Origin: an uncultured Candidatus Saccharibacteria bacterium
GTDB lineage: Bacteria; Patescibacteriota; Doudnabacteria; UBA920
Assembly (NCBI GenBank): GCA_964592725.1
Contig: CAZQFQ010000003.1
Location: forward strand, 1 to 48,954
DNA: 48,954 nt
Direction of reading: 5' to 3'
Below are positions 33,254 to 41,874 of this stretch, piece after piece (position 1 is the first letter of the stretch; the number at the start of each line of letters is the position of its first letter). Made by a program: the position numbers and the translations under genes. The notes beneath the pieces are model-generated. The model did no database searches and had not been told where the DNA came from. It saw only the letters and a list, made by a program, of their open reading frames with translations.

Positions 33254-33931
33254 TTACAACTTATATCTTCCCTTCTCCTGTTGCAAAGTAATTTTTCCGT
33301 CCTCGATTGTGACGACCCGCTTGTTAATTTTGTTAACGAGATCGGACGCGTGGGTGGCTAAAATTACCGTGGTGCCGAGCTGGTTGATTTTTAATAAAAG
33401 GTCCAAAACTTCCGCCGCGTTGACCTCGTCCAAATTACCGGTCGGCTCGTCGGCTAAAAGAAGAACCGGGCGATGAGACAGGGCACGGGCAATGGCCACA
33501 CGCTGTTTTTCCCCGCCGGACATTTCTTCCGGGAAACTGTCTCTTTTGTGCAACAGCCCGACCAATTCCAAAATTTTTGGCACCTCGCTTTGGATTTTGT
33601 CGGCATTGTGCCCGCAAACTTCCATGGCAAAAGCCACATTTTCAAAAGCGGTGCGCCGCGGTAAGAGCTTCATATCCTGAAACACTATGCCGATTTTCCG
33701 CCTTAAATAAGGCAAATCCGATTTCCTGACCTGGGAAATATCTATGTCGTCTATCAAAATTTTCCCGCCGTCAATTTGCTCTTCGCCAATAATCAGCTTA
33801 AACAAAGTAGTTTTTCCCGCTCCCGAAAGCCCGACCAAAGAAATAAACTCGCCGTGATGCACCTGCAAATTCACGCCGTCTAGAGCCTTGTTGTCCTGAT
33901 ATTGTTTTACTACGTTTTCGAACTTTATCAT
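33254..33931 (-). CDS. ftsE: cell-division ABC ATPase FtsE
   Basis: Walker A GLSGAGKTT, signature MSGGEKQR, Walker [13 protein letters not shown]. Confidence 0.92.
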   Translation of the reverse strand: MIKFENVVKQYQDNKALDGVNLQVHHGEFISLVGLSGAGKTTLFKLIIGEEQIDGGKILIDDIDISQVRKSDLPYLRRKIGIVFQDMKLLPRRTAFENVAFAMEVCGHNADKIQSEVPKILELVGLLHKRDSFPEEMSGGEKQRVAIARALSHRPVLLLADEPTGNLDEVNAAEVLDLLLKINQLGTTVILATHASDLVNKINKRVVTIEDGKITLQQEKGRYKL

Positions 33932-34103
33932 AGCTTATCAGTCTATCAGCTGATCAGCTGATCAGCGAGTCAGAATTTGTTTCAAAAGGGTCTTTATAAA
34001 TTCATTTTACCAAAAAATAAACAAAAAGGAAAGAAAACCGCCTTGATTCTAGATCCCGGATATCGTTCGGATGCACTCACGATTCCGGGATGACACAACC
34101 TTT

Positions 34104-35255
34104 CTACTTTCTACTTTCTACTGCATTTTGTTCAAGATATTTTTCCACGAATTCATCAAGTTCTCCATTAAGCACGGAGTCGGGGTCGGCGGATTCAAAA
34201 TTTGTACGATGGTCTTTGACGAGTTTGTAGGGATGAACTACGTACGATCTAATCTGATTTCCCCATTCCGCGGATTTAAATTCGCCGCGGATTTCCTGTT
34301 TTTCGGCCTGGAGCTTTTGTTCTTCCAGGGTTTTTAACTTGGCCATTAAAATTTTCATCGCTATCTCGCGATTTTGATGTTGGGATCGCTCGTTCTGGAT
34401 GGAAACTTTGATACCGGACGGGATATGTGTGATTCTTATCGCGGAATAAGTCGTGTTGACGGATTGCCCGCCGTGGCCGGAAGAAGTGTTAGCCTCAATT
34501 TTTAAATCTTTATCATCCACTTTAAATTCTTCCTGCTGTTCCAAAAGCGGCAGCAATTCCAAAAGCGCGAACGAAGTTTCGCGCGTATGCGCGGGGTTAA
34601 AGGGCGATAACCTGACCAAACGGTGGACTCCGGCTTCGCTCTTAAGCAATCCATAAGCGTATGGACCGAAAACTTCCACCACCGCTGTCTTAACTCCGCC
34701 CTGCTCGCCTTTGCTCATTTCAACAACTTCCGTCTGGAACCCCTTAATATCACAATATCTTAATATCATTCTTAGTATCATTCCAGCCCAATCCTGCGCG
34801 TCCACTCCCCCGGCACCGCTATGCACGGAAAAAATCGCGTTGTGGTCGTCGTACTTTTTTGATAAAAGTGCGACAAAACGATTTTTCCTGTATTGCAATT
34901 CCAGTTCGTCCGTGTGCTTTTTAAGATAATTTTCGTCTCCCTCTCCCTTCTTGTCCGCAATAGCTTCAGCGGCGGCGGATGGGAGAGGGTCGGGGTGAGG
35001 GTTTGCCGATTTTACCAACTCCAATGTTTCCAAAACGTCCTTTTCCAGCCCCATCCAAAAATCATAAAACTTTTTTAACTGATTGTATTCTCGGCTGACG
35101 TTTTGCGCGTGCTCGTTGTCCGCCCAAAAATCTTTTCCCTGCATCTGCTCTTCCAATTCCAAAATCCTCTGCTCCTTTTGCGGCAGGTTTAAATGGGATT
35201 TCAGATTTACAATTTCAGATTTAAGATTTTCTAAACGCTTAATAAGTTCGTTCAT
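34104..35255 (-). CDS. prfB: peptide chain release factor 2 (single ORF, no programmed +1 frameshift)
   Basis: SPF tripeptide (RLSPFNP) and GGQ (SSGHGGQSVN). The reading frame is continuous from Met1. An extra segment of about 20 aa (NPHPDPLPSAAAEAIADKKGEGD) is encoded by a palindromic insert. Confidence 0.93.
   Translation of the reverse strand: MNELIKRLENLKSEIVNLKSHLNLPQKEQRILELEEQMQGKDFWADNEHAQNVSREYNQLKKFYDFWMGLEKDVLETLELVKSANPHPDPLPSAAAEAIADKKGEGDENYLKKHTDELELQYRKNRFVALLSKKYDDHNAIFSVHSGAGGVDAQDWAGMILRMILRYCDIKGFQTEVVEMSKGEQGGVKTAVVEVFGPYAYGLLKSEAGVHRLVRLSPFNPAHTRETSFALLELLPLLEQQEEFKVDDKDLKIEANTSSGHGGQSVNTTYSAIRITHIPSGIKVSIQNERSQHQNREIAMKILMAKLKTLEEQKLQAEKQEIRGEFKSAEWGNQIRSYVVHPYKLVKDHRTNFESADPDSVLNGELDEFVEKYLEQNAVESRK
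34937..35002. repeat. CTCCCTCTCCC...GGGAGAGGG palindromic insert within prfB
   Basis: TCTCCCTCTCCC..(33 nt)..GGGAGAGGGTCGGGGTGAGGGT. Related in word content to 9537-9583 and 42949-42994. Confidence 0.55.
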
Positions 35256-35340
35256 ACCTTTATATTATAACATCAAATGATGAAGGCCGCTTCCCCTAAC
35301 CCCGGTTCCAAGAGGATACGAGAACAGCGGCCGTCTTTCG

Positions 35341-35772
35341 CTAATGCACCACGCCCCAGCGCTTGCGGAGACTTTCCACAATAAGCCGGGACAATTCCTC
35401 CTTCCTGAGCAGGCAGCCGTCCCGCTCAAACCTCTCCAAAAACTCCAAAAATGCCCACAGTAGCTGGCAAAGCTGCTGGCACACCGAGAGGTTGGATTCG
35501 TGCGCATACTGCCGAACGAAATCCGCCTCAACCCGCGAGAGCTTAACTTTGTCGTCAACAGGCACCGTATCAAAATCAAACTCTGTTGGCGCGAGCCGAA
35601 AGATTTTCTCGGTTTGGGCAATAGGCAGTAAAATTTCGAAACAGAGCACCATAAACTGGTGAGTGCTCATGCCCCGATGCTCTGCTGCCTTCCGGAGCGC
35701 CTTTGACAGCCGCCGGCTCATCTTAATCGAGAATAAAACAGGCGGCAACTCTTTTTTCGCATCCGTGCTCAT
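35341..35772 (-). CDS. ribbon-helix-helix (CopG/Arc-like) domain protein
   Basis: 143 aa. The N-terminus VLFSIKMSRRLSKALRKAAEHRGMSTHQFMVLCFE fits a beta-strand/helix/helix RHH pattern. The local region is more GC-rich. Confidence 0.45.
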   Translation of the reverse strand: MSTDAKKELPPVLFSIKMSRRLSKALRKAAEHRGMSTHQFMVLCFEILLPIAQTEKIFRLAPTEFDFDTVPVDDKVKLSRVEADFVRQYAHESNLSVCQQLCQLLWAFLEFLERFERDGCLLRKEELSRLIVESLRKRWGVVH

Positions 35773-35892
35773 ACATCGCGCGGAAATAACCAGACCTTCC
35801 CGTTCCCGGAGCAGGAACTGAAGGTTAAAAAATTATATCAAAAAGCCCCGGGAAAATCCAGGGGCTGAAACTAGGGCTAAAAACTCCCACGC

Positions 35893-36516
35893 TTAAGCTT
35901 CTATCTTATCGTATGCGCCCAACAAACCCAAAGTCAGGTTGATTATTTGTTTTATCTCCTTTATCTGGCTTTCAACCATTACCCTAATATCTTCCGGCAC
36001 TTCACCTTCAATCGGAACTCTTGAGTCGCCCTGGCCCAGCGCCACAAAAATAAGGAACTCCTGGCGCAAGTCCTCGTCCATCAGGGTAAGCGATCTGTTA
36101 ACAATTTCTGATTCCGCGGCTCCGGGCAAATCAATCAGCGCCTGGCTTCGGGCTTTCCGGAATGCTTCCCTAAGATGTTCCGGCGCTTTATCCAAATGGT
36201 CGTCGGGCTTGTCTATAAATTGAATTTTTTCCCTGGCGGCCAGCAATTCCCCAATCCTGTGCACCGAATGCAAAAGCAGCTCGCATTTCTGTTTGGAGAT
36301 AATTTTTTTCCTTACGATTTGCAGCAAAATCGTCTGGACCCCGAAAAAAAAAGTGGCGGATAGCTTTGAAGGTTTGTCGGCAGGCTGTTCCCTGTTTGTC
36401 GGTACAACATCGTTATAATTCCTGTTTAACTCCACCAAAGCGTCTATTGCCATTTTTTTAGCAATTTCTTTCTGGGATTCCACATCCTTTTGCTCGGACC
36501 GATGTTCAACCATCAT
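35893..36516 (-). CDS. hypothetical protein, predicted helical
   Basis: 207-aa ORF upstream of the RHH gene on the same strand. No recognisable motif. Confidence 0.5.
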   Translation of the reverse strand: MMVEHRSEQKDVESQKEIAKKMAIDALVELNRNYNDVVPTNREQPADKPSKLSATFFFGVQTILLQIVRKKIISKQKCELLLHSVHRIGELLAAREKIQFIDKPDDHLDKAPEHLREAFRKARSQALIDLPGAAESEIVNRSLTLMDEDLRQEFLIFVALGQGDSRVPIEGEVPEDIRVMVESQIKEIKQIINLTLGLLGAYDKIEA

Positions 36517-36583
36517 AATTTTAAATAATTAGGGTTAATTACAAATTTAAGGACTGCCTTGACCGGTATTAAGGCTGGTCAAA

Positions 36584-37063
36584 TCACTTTTTCTTTTGGT
36601 ATACGGCAAAAGCAAATTTAAAATTTCTTTCTTCCTGGATTTTATCCCACTGGCTCCAATCGATTTTTACAAAATATGCGTCGCCCGGATAATTGCCGTG
36701 GATATGGGTCATATACATTTTTTCGGCATAAGGCAAAGCGAGCTTAAAAATCTGCTCGCCGCCGATAATATATAAATCTTCATTTTTCAAAGCTTCAAAA
36801 GCCTGCTCCAGGCTGCCGAACACCAACACTCCCTGGGGCACTTTATAGTCGGCCTGCCTTGTAATAACCACATTTTTCCGCCCCGGCAGGGGCTTGCCCA
36901 GGCGCTTGACTATGGAATCGTAGGTCTTTCTGCCCATGACCACAGTCTTGCCCAAAGTGATTTCCTTAAACCGCTTGAGGTCTTCGGGAAAATACCAGGG
37001 CAGTTCATTGTCGCTGCCGATAACCAAATTGTCCGCCACTGCCACCGGGCCAAGAATAATCAT
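36584..37063 (-). CDS. folA: dihydrofolate reductase
   Basis: VIGSDNELPWYFPEDLKRFKEITLGKTVVMGRKTYDSI, LYIIGGEQIF. ATGA overlap with the upstream gene. Confidence 0.92.
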   Translation of the reverse strand: MIILGPVAVADNLVIGSDNELPWYFPEDLKRFKEITLGKTVVMGRKTYDSIVKRLGKPLPGRKNVVITRQADYKVPQGVLVFGSLEQAFEALKNEDLYIIGGEQIFKLALPYAEKMYMTHIHGNYPGDAYFVKIDWSQWDKIQEERNFKFAFAVYQKKK

Positions 37064-37443
37064 AAATATTGTTTCAAAAAAATTAAGATATCGCCAACTG
37101 ACGCATAGCGTATGATTTTAAAATTTGGATCTTGTATGCCCAGAATCATACGGGTAACTTTGGCGTCTTTTTGAGCTACTGCCAAAACTTTTTTTCCTAA
37201 ATTTAATCCCGTCGCGATTTCAAATCCCAAACCGGTGGAAGGATATGAGACTTCCGCCAAAAGCAGATCGCAATTTTTTACGCAACCAATGTCATGCCTA
37301 AAAACGGCCTCGGCATTACCATTAATCAAACCCAAATATTCTGAAACTTCGTGATCTTGGCTTAATTTTGACCTAAGCTTTGCCATTTCCGATTTGTATT
37401 CTTCGGGGGCATGGGTTAGGGAGTTTGCCAGATATATTTTCAT
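37060..37443 (-). CDS. nucleoside 2-deoxyribosyltransferase / Rcl(DNPH1)-like protein
   Basis: 127 aa from MKIYLANSL... The ATG at 37443 overlaps the tmk stop as ATGA. ..CDLLLAEVSYPSTGLGFEIATGLNLGKKV fits the family core. The longer ORF-track call (to 37542) overlaps tmk and was not used. Confidence 0.5.
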   Translation of the reverse strand: MKIYLANSLTHAPEEYKSEMAKLRSKLSQDHEVSEYLGLINGNAEAVFRHDIGCVKNCDLLLAEVSYPSTGLGFEIATGLNLGKKVLAVAQKDAKVTRMILGIQDPNFKIIRYASVGDILIFLKQYL

Positions 37444-38186
37444 GTTCTTGGCTTTATATCTTTTAAAGCTATCCTCCTGACCAGCTCCCAGACTTTGTTG
37501 TGGATTTGTTCGGGGGACATCAGCTCCTTGCCGGCCATGCATTCCACCAGTTTGGTGTTGGGGAAAAGTTTGGCGATTTGCAAGTAAACTTTTTCCGCGT
37601 TTTTTAAATGATTGAGGTCGGCCTCATGCAGGTCGCGCTTTTTACCGTTGGCGTATTTTCTTTCATCAGCCGATTTTAAATCCACCAATTTCTGCGCCAC
37701 TTCCGCCGGCACGTGCAAAATGATATTTAAGTCGGGTTTGGGGATGCCAAAAATGTTGTATTCAAGATTGTCCAGCCATTTAAAAAACTTCAGCCGGTCC
37801 AAATCATCGGCAATTTTGCCTCCCTGGTGTCCGGCGTTGGCCGTAACATAGCGATTGGAAATTACGATTTTCCCTTCGTTTAGCCAATTGCGGATTTTAA
37901 AGCTGGCGTCAAACCTGTCAATCGCGTAAAAGATAGACGCGGCTTCGGGTCCAACCTGCCCGTATTTTCCGTTTAAATATTCTTCAATAAGCCCCGCGGA
38001 TTTTGTGCCGTACTGCGGAAAGTCCGTCATCTCCAAAGGATATCCGTTCTTTTTTAACTCTTCTACAAGCAATTTAGTTTGTGTGGCCTTGCCAGTGCCG
38101 TCAGTGCCGTCAATAACTATAAACCTGCCTTTTTGGGGGGAAGATTTGAATTTTTTACTTTTACCAAAGGATAATTTGTTGAGCAT
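37440..38186 (-). CDS. tmk: thymidylate kinase
   Basis: P-loop FIVIDGTDGTGKATQ, a DRF-type motif (AIDRFD) and a lid region. Confidence 0.9.
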   Translation of the reverse strand: MLNKLSFGKSKKFKSSPQKGRFIVIDGTDGTGKATQTKLLVEELKKNGYPLEMTDFPQYGTKSAGLIEEYLNGKYGQVGPEAASIFYAIDRFDASFKIRNWLNEGKIVISNRYVTANAGHQGGKIADDLDRLKFFKWLDNLEYNIFGIPKPDLNIILHVPAEVAQKLVDLKSADERKYANGKKRDLHEADLNHLKNAEKVYLQIAKLFPNTKLVECMAGKELMSPEQIHNKVWELVRRIALKDIKPRT

Positions 38187-38192
38187 ATAAAA

Positions 38193-38975
38193 CTAACCCC
38201 GTTCCTTTTGGGCTTTATTAATGGCGGCTAACTGTTCAATTTCGAATTTTACTATTTCATAGGCCTTATGTTTTCTATAATCAGTTTCATAATGTGCTTC
38301 AAGAATTTGACCCTTGAAATCCATTTGGACATCTCTGTTTAATCGGCCACTCAGCTCTGTAAACAATTTCTGTTCATATTTGTCTGTCACCTGGCCATCA
38401 ACAAATTCAACTTTTTTGGATTCGACTTGGCCCATAATTTCAGCCCTGCGCGAACCCACTATAAAATCCGGAGACGGGACATACAACCCGGGTTTTAGAA
38501 CAACCTTATCTGCAAAATTTGTTTGATTAATGCCATAAGCCAATACAATACCGTTCGCGTTGGCCCACCATCTTAAATTCCTTTCCGCATAGTCTAAGCC
38601 CGAATAGCCGGAATGATATTTTAACCTGGCTTCAGTTGGAACCCACCAATCCACCCCTCCCTCAAAGGGTTGCTCCGAAATAAATTTTTCGTCGGTGACC
38701 ATAACGTCCACGTCTTTATGTGCGTCCAAATCAGCAATAGTATTACGCGGTTTCCATATTGCTTCCGCAACTCCACCGATTAACAATCCAACTGATTTTC
38801 TTTGTTTTAATAATTCGTCCGCTATTTTCATTCCTTGCAAGCCACGGACGGCATTAGGAAATTCACCATGGCGCAATTCCTGCCTAAAAGACAATAAAGT
38901 CTCCAGCGCCAATTTCTGTTTATGGTTAAACTTTTGTTCCAGCCTGTTTTGCTGTCGAAACTCAAATCCCGGCAT
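38193..38975 (-). CDS. hypothetical protein, possible minimal nucleotidyltransferase fold
   Basis: 260 aa. GLLIGGVAEAIW...HKDVDVMV resembles the G[SG]...DxD signature of pol-beta-type NTases. Embedded in the nucleotide operon. Confidence 0.3.
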   Translation of the reverse strand: MPGFEFRQQNRLEQKFNHKQKLALETLLSFRQELRHGEFPNAVRGLQGMKIADELLKQRKSVGLLIGGVAEAIWKPRNTIADLDAHKDVDVMVTDEKFISEQPFEGGVDWWVPTEARLKYHSGYSGLDYAERNLRWWANANGIVLAYGINQTNFADKVVLKPGLYVPSPDFIVGSRRAEIMGQVESKKVEFVDGQVTDKYEQKLFTELSGRLNRDVQMDFKGQILEAHYETDYRKHKAYEIVKFEIEQLAAINKAQKERG

Positions 38976-38976
38976 T

Positions 38977-39528
38977 TTAATTTTGTAGTTTACTTATAAT
39001 TTCATCCACTTTCTTATAAAGCTCCCCTAAACTTCCCGTGTTATCTATTCTAAAATCCGCCTGCTTGCCCAGTTCGGGAATTTCCAGTTCGGTGCGGCAG
39101 GTTTCGTGCTCTTTAAAATGCTCAAAATCCATTTGCGCGTCATCGGTTTTGCCGCTTTTTCCCCCGCGCCGGTTTTTATAGCGCTCAAATCGCGTCTCAA
39201 TCGGCGCCGTAATATAAATAATTTTTGCTCCCCAGGATTTTACAATGTCCAGCTCGTCCATTCGAATGCCGTTAACCACTCTATAGCCGGCCATAGAGCG
39301 TTTTACTCTTGGCTCCAAAGCGTTAATTAAGACGTGCTCGCCAAAAACTTCGCGAAGCCCCAGACCTAAGTCTATTTCATTTTTTCTGGAAATTTCCAAA
39401 TTCAATTCTTCTAAAATCGCGTCTAAAATGTGGCTAAAACGAAAATGCGAGGCGTTATATTTTTCCGCCATATAATCGGCTACCGTGTCTTTTCCCGCAA
39501 GTTTTTCTCCAACCAGACCTATTATCAT
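38977..39528 (-). CDS. P-loop kinase, phage-type dNMP kinase-like
   Basis: MIIGLVGEKLAGKDTVADYM.. (GxxGxxxAGKDT P-loop). 183 aa, 1 nt upstream of the next gene. Confidence 0.5.
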   Translation of the reverse strand: MIIGLVGEKLAGKDTVADYMAEKYNASHFRFSHILDAILEELNLEISRKNEIDLGLGLREVFGEHVLINALEPRVKRSMAGYRVVNGIRMDELDIVKSWGAKIIYITAPIETRFERYKNRRGGKSGKTDDAQMDFEHFKEHETCRTELEIPELGKQADFRIDNTGSLGELYKKVDEIISKLQN

Positions 39529-39593
39529 ATGTTAAACAATAAATTTCTACCAATTTCCTAATTTCGTGAGGCCGCAGGCCGAACAAATATCCA

Positions 39594-40034
39594 TTAATTC
39601 TGATATCCACCGGTGCTCCCAATCCCCCCACGATCGACATCGCGCAAACTGTCCGCCTCTTCCCACCGCGCCTGCTCGGTTCCGATGAATACGCCCTGCG
39701 CCAGACGCTCACCTTTTTTAACTTCTACGGGGCGGGAAGTAAAATTATGGACAATTATATGGACTTCATCATTAGGTCCGGCATAGTCCGGATCCACGAC
39801 TCCAATGCCGTTGGCCATTGCCAAACCTTTTTTTAGCGGCAGGCTGCTGCGAGCCGCTATGAGTAAAAAATGGCCTTTAGGGGCGGCAATTACCAATCCT
39901 GTGGGTATTTTTGCCACTTCACCCGGAGCTATGGTTATATCGATTGATGAAGCAATGTCAAAGCCGGCCGATTCGGAGGTGTGATATTTGGGAAGCTCAA
40001 CGTCTTTGGTTAATCGCTTAATTTTGGCTTTCAT
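39594..40034 (-). CDS. dut: dUTP diphosphatase (trimeric dUTPase)
   Basis: All five motifs: AGFDI, ARSS, GVVDPDYAGP, RLAQ, RGGIGSTG. Confidence 0.92.
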   Translation of the reverse strand: MKAKIKRLTKDVELPKYHTSESAGFDIASSIDITIAPGEVAKIPTGLVIAAPKGHFLLIAARSSLPLKKGLAMANGIGVVDPDYAGPNDEVHIIVHNFTSRPVEVKKGERLAQGVFIGTEQARWEEADSLRDVDRGGIGSTGGYQN

Positions 40035-40047
40035 AGGTATATCTCAC

Positions 40048-40148
40048 GGGCGTCATCCTGAGGAAGTGCATCCGACCGAAGGATCTCTTTACCGATTTGA
40101 GATCCTTCGCCCGCTTAGTTTTGCCGATGACGGGCTCAGGATGACGCC
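40048..40148. repeat. GTCATCCTGAG...CGAAGGATCTC palindromic element
   Basis: GGGCGTCATCCTGAGGAAGTGCATCCGACCGAAGGATCTC..GAGATCCTTCG..CTCAGGATGACGCC. Supplies the last codons of 40136-40696. Confidence 0.75.
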
Positions 40149-40696
40149 AGGTTGGTTAATACTTGATCGATTTTAGTAAACAACTCCTCCCTGCTCCCTT
40201 CGTTCACAATCGTCCAGTCCGCGCGCGCAATCGGTCCGGCCTGGTGGAGATTTTCAATTTGAGAATAATCGCGCGAAGCCAGCTCTCCCGGAGTCAGCGG
40301 CCGCACCGGCCGTTGCTCCATACGGGCGGTCCTGATTTTTGGCGATGCGTAAATTGCCAAAACTTTAAAACTCTCGCCAAATTGCTTTTTTACTTCCAAA
40401 TATTCTTCCCAGCTGTATAAACTTTCCACGATAACATTTGACGATTTAAATAATTCCTTAATCTTCGGCATATTAGCAACAGCCATTGCCCCGAGACCGT
40501 CTTTGTCGCGAAATTCCTCCCGCACTTCCCTCTCTCCGGCTTCCCCGGGTTTTCCCCGCCGCGCGGCCTCGTCTATAACCGCCTGCCCAAAATAAACTTT
40601 CGGCCAGCCGGTCTTTTTTAACAAATATTGCACAACTTCGGTTTTCCCGGCTCCGGGCAGACCGACTACTGCGAGAATAATTTTTTTCATAATCAT
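40136..40696 (-). CDS. P-loop nucleotide kinase (dephospho-CoA-kinase/UPF0200-like)
   Basis: ILAVVGLPGAGKTEVVQYL P-loop. 186 aa. ATGA overlap with the dCMP deaminase stop. Confidence 0.5.
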   Translation of the reverse strand: MIMKKIILAVVGLPGAGKTEVVQYLLKKTGWPKVYFGQAVIDEAARRGKPGEAGEREVREEFRDKDGLGAMAVANMPKIKELFKSSNVIVESLYSWEEYLEVKKQFGESFKVLAIYASPKIRTARMEQRPVRPLTPGELASRDYSQIENLHQAGPIARADWTIVNEGSREELFTKIDQVLTNLASS

Positions 40697-41181
40697 CTAC
40701 TGAATAATTCACTCGCTCCTTCGCACAAATAAACATCCCTAATACCGGCTGACAGCATTTTGTCCCAGCAAGGCTTACAACACCACCAATGGCCGTACAT
40801 ATAAAGATCGGCGCCGGAGATTGCGGCGTTTTTTCGCAAAGCGTCCAAAACCGCCCTGGCTTCCGCGTGATGCCTAAAACTGGCACAGCCCGGGCAAAGC
40901 CAATATTTTTGGCCTGAAGGAATATTTAACAAACGCCGAACGCAAAAATATTTTTTATGCCATCGTTTTAGAGTTTCATTTTTTAAAGCCGACTGGTTAG
41001 CCCCCCTGCCAATTACTACACCGTCTTTGACGACAACGGCTCCGGTCGAATGGGCGGTATCAGTCGAATCCCCTTTACAAACTTTCATGGCCTCCAGCAT
41101 GAATTCATTATTAAAGGGCGCGTATTTTATATCCTTGCCTTGCGGCATATAAGGATAGGGTTTTGATGAAATATATACCAT
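40693..41181 (-). CDS. dCMP deaminase (ComEB-type cytidine/deoxycytidylate deaminase)
   Basis: Zinc motifs HAEARAV and CKPCWDKM. 162 aa. Confidence 0.8.
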   Translation of the reverse strand: MVYISSKPYPYMPQGKDIKYAPFNNEFMLEAMKVCKGDSTDTAHSTGAVVVKDGVVIGRGANQSALKNETLKRWHKKYFCVRRLLNIPSGQKYWLCPGCASFRHHAEARAVLDALRKNAAISGADLYMYGHWWCCKPCWDKMLSAGIRDVYLCEGASELFSR

Positions 41182-41187
41182 CTACTA

Positions 41188-41853
41188 TTATACTTTTTTA
41201 AAAGGGAACTTTGCTTTTAAACCGTCAATATCGCCTTTTTTAATAAACGCAATTTCTTCTTCATTGTCGGTGCGGGCTTCCAAATTTACGGCTGTGGCAT
41301 TATCATACTTCGCGTGATCTACGCCGTGTTTAGCCGCGTCCGCTTCGGAAAGTTCGCTTGCCAAAAAATGGAATAAAAGCTGATAAGCACGTTCGCCCGG
41401 GTACAGCCTTAAACTATGATTTGTGCTGTTCTGCACGGGTATCAGCAAATGGCCTTTATAGCCCACGTCGACTATGCCGCCCTGGGTCACAAAACCTCGG
41501 CGAACAATGGAGCTGCGCGGATAAAGCACGGCTGAAATGTCCCTGGACCTAAATTCGACTTTTTCAAATGAGGAAATTAGCACTGACTCCTGCGGGAGCA
41601 CCTCAAAATATTGCCCGGCCTTTAATTTTATTAACTTTAAATAGTCCTGGTTGAATTCCTTGGTTAAATAGTCCGGCTGTACCGCTACTCTGCCGGCGTC
41701 GGTTAATTTCCAGCTTTCGGGCAAATAAAAACTGGTTCCTATGCGAAGGTCAATGGAATTAGGCTGGATTTGGAACTCGTCAAGTTGGGGGGAAAAGACA
41801 ATTTTGCCCTCTTCAATATATTTTACCAACTCGGTTTTTCCTAACATCGACAT
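41188..41853 (-). CDS. dCTP deaminase-family (dUTPase-fold) protein lacking the canonical catalytic Glu
   Basis: N-terminus ..IQPNSIDLRIG and core YPRSSIVRRG..VDVGYKGHLLIPVQN align by eye to Dcd (..VDVRLG; GRSSLARLG..IDPGWSGCIVLEFYN). The Glu of (V/T)LE is Pro here. Confidence 0.6.
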   Translation of the reverse strand: MSMLGKTELVKYIEEGKIVFSPQLDEFQIQPNSIDLRIGTSFYLPESWKLTDAGRVAVQPDYLTKEFNQDYLKLIKLKAGQYFEVLPQESVLISSFEKVEFRSRDISAVLYPRSSIVRRGFVTQGGIVDVGYKGHLLIPVQNSTNHSLRLYPGERAYQLLFHFLASELSEADAAKHGVDHAKYDNATAVNLEARTDNEEEIAFIKKGDIDGLKAKFPFKKV

Positions 41854-41874
41854 AACTTTGTAATTTTAATAATA

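Noticed and set aside
35265-35662. 118-aa minus-strand and 99-aa plus-strand ORFs overlapping the RHH gene
   Set aside because: They are alternative frames of a locally GC-rich region, Arg/Ser-rich and without start context. The 143-aa frame with the RHH-like N-terminus is the better model, though even that is only moderate confidence.
37060-37542. The 160-aa version of the deoxyribosyltransferase-like ORF given in the ORF track
   Set aside because: Its first 33 codons overlap the 3' end of tmk in another frame. The internal ATG at 37443 forms an ATGA overlap with the tmk stop and begins a sensible MKIYLA.. N-terminus.
40473-40886. 137-aa minus-strand ORF spanning the junction of the kinase and dCMP deaminase genes
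   Set aside because: It is out of frame with two well-supported, translationally coupled genes (ATGA overlap at 40693-40696). Its composition is Arg/Gly/Cys-rich and not protein-like.
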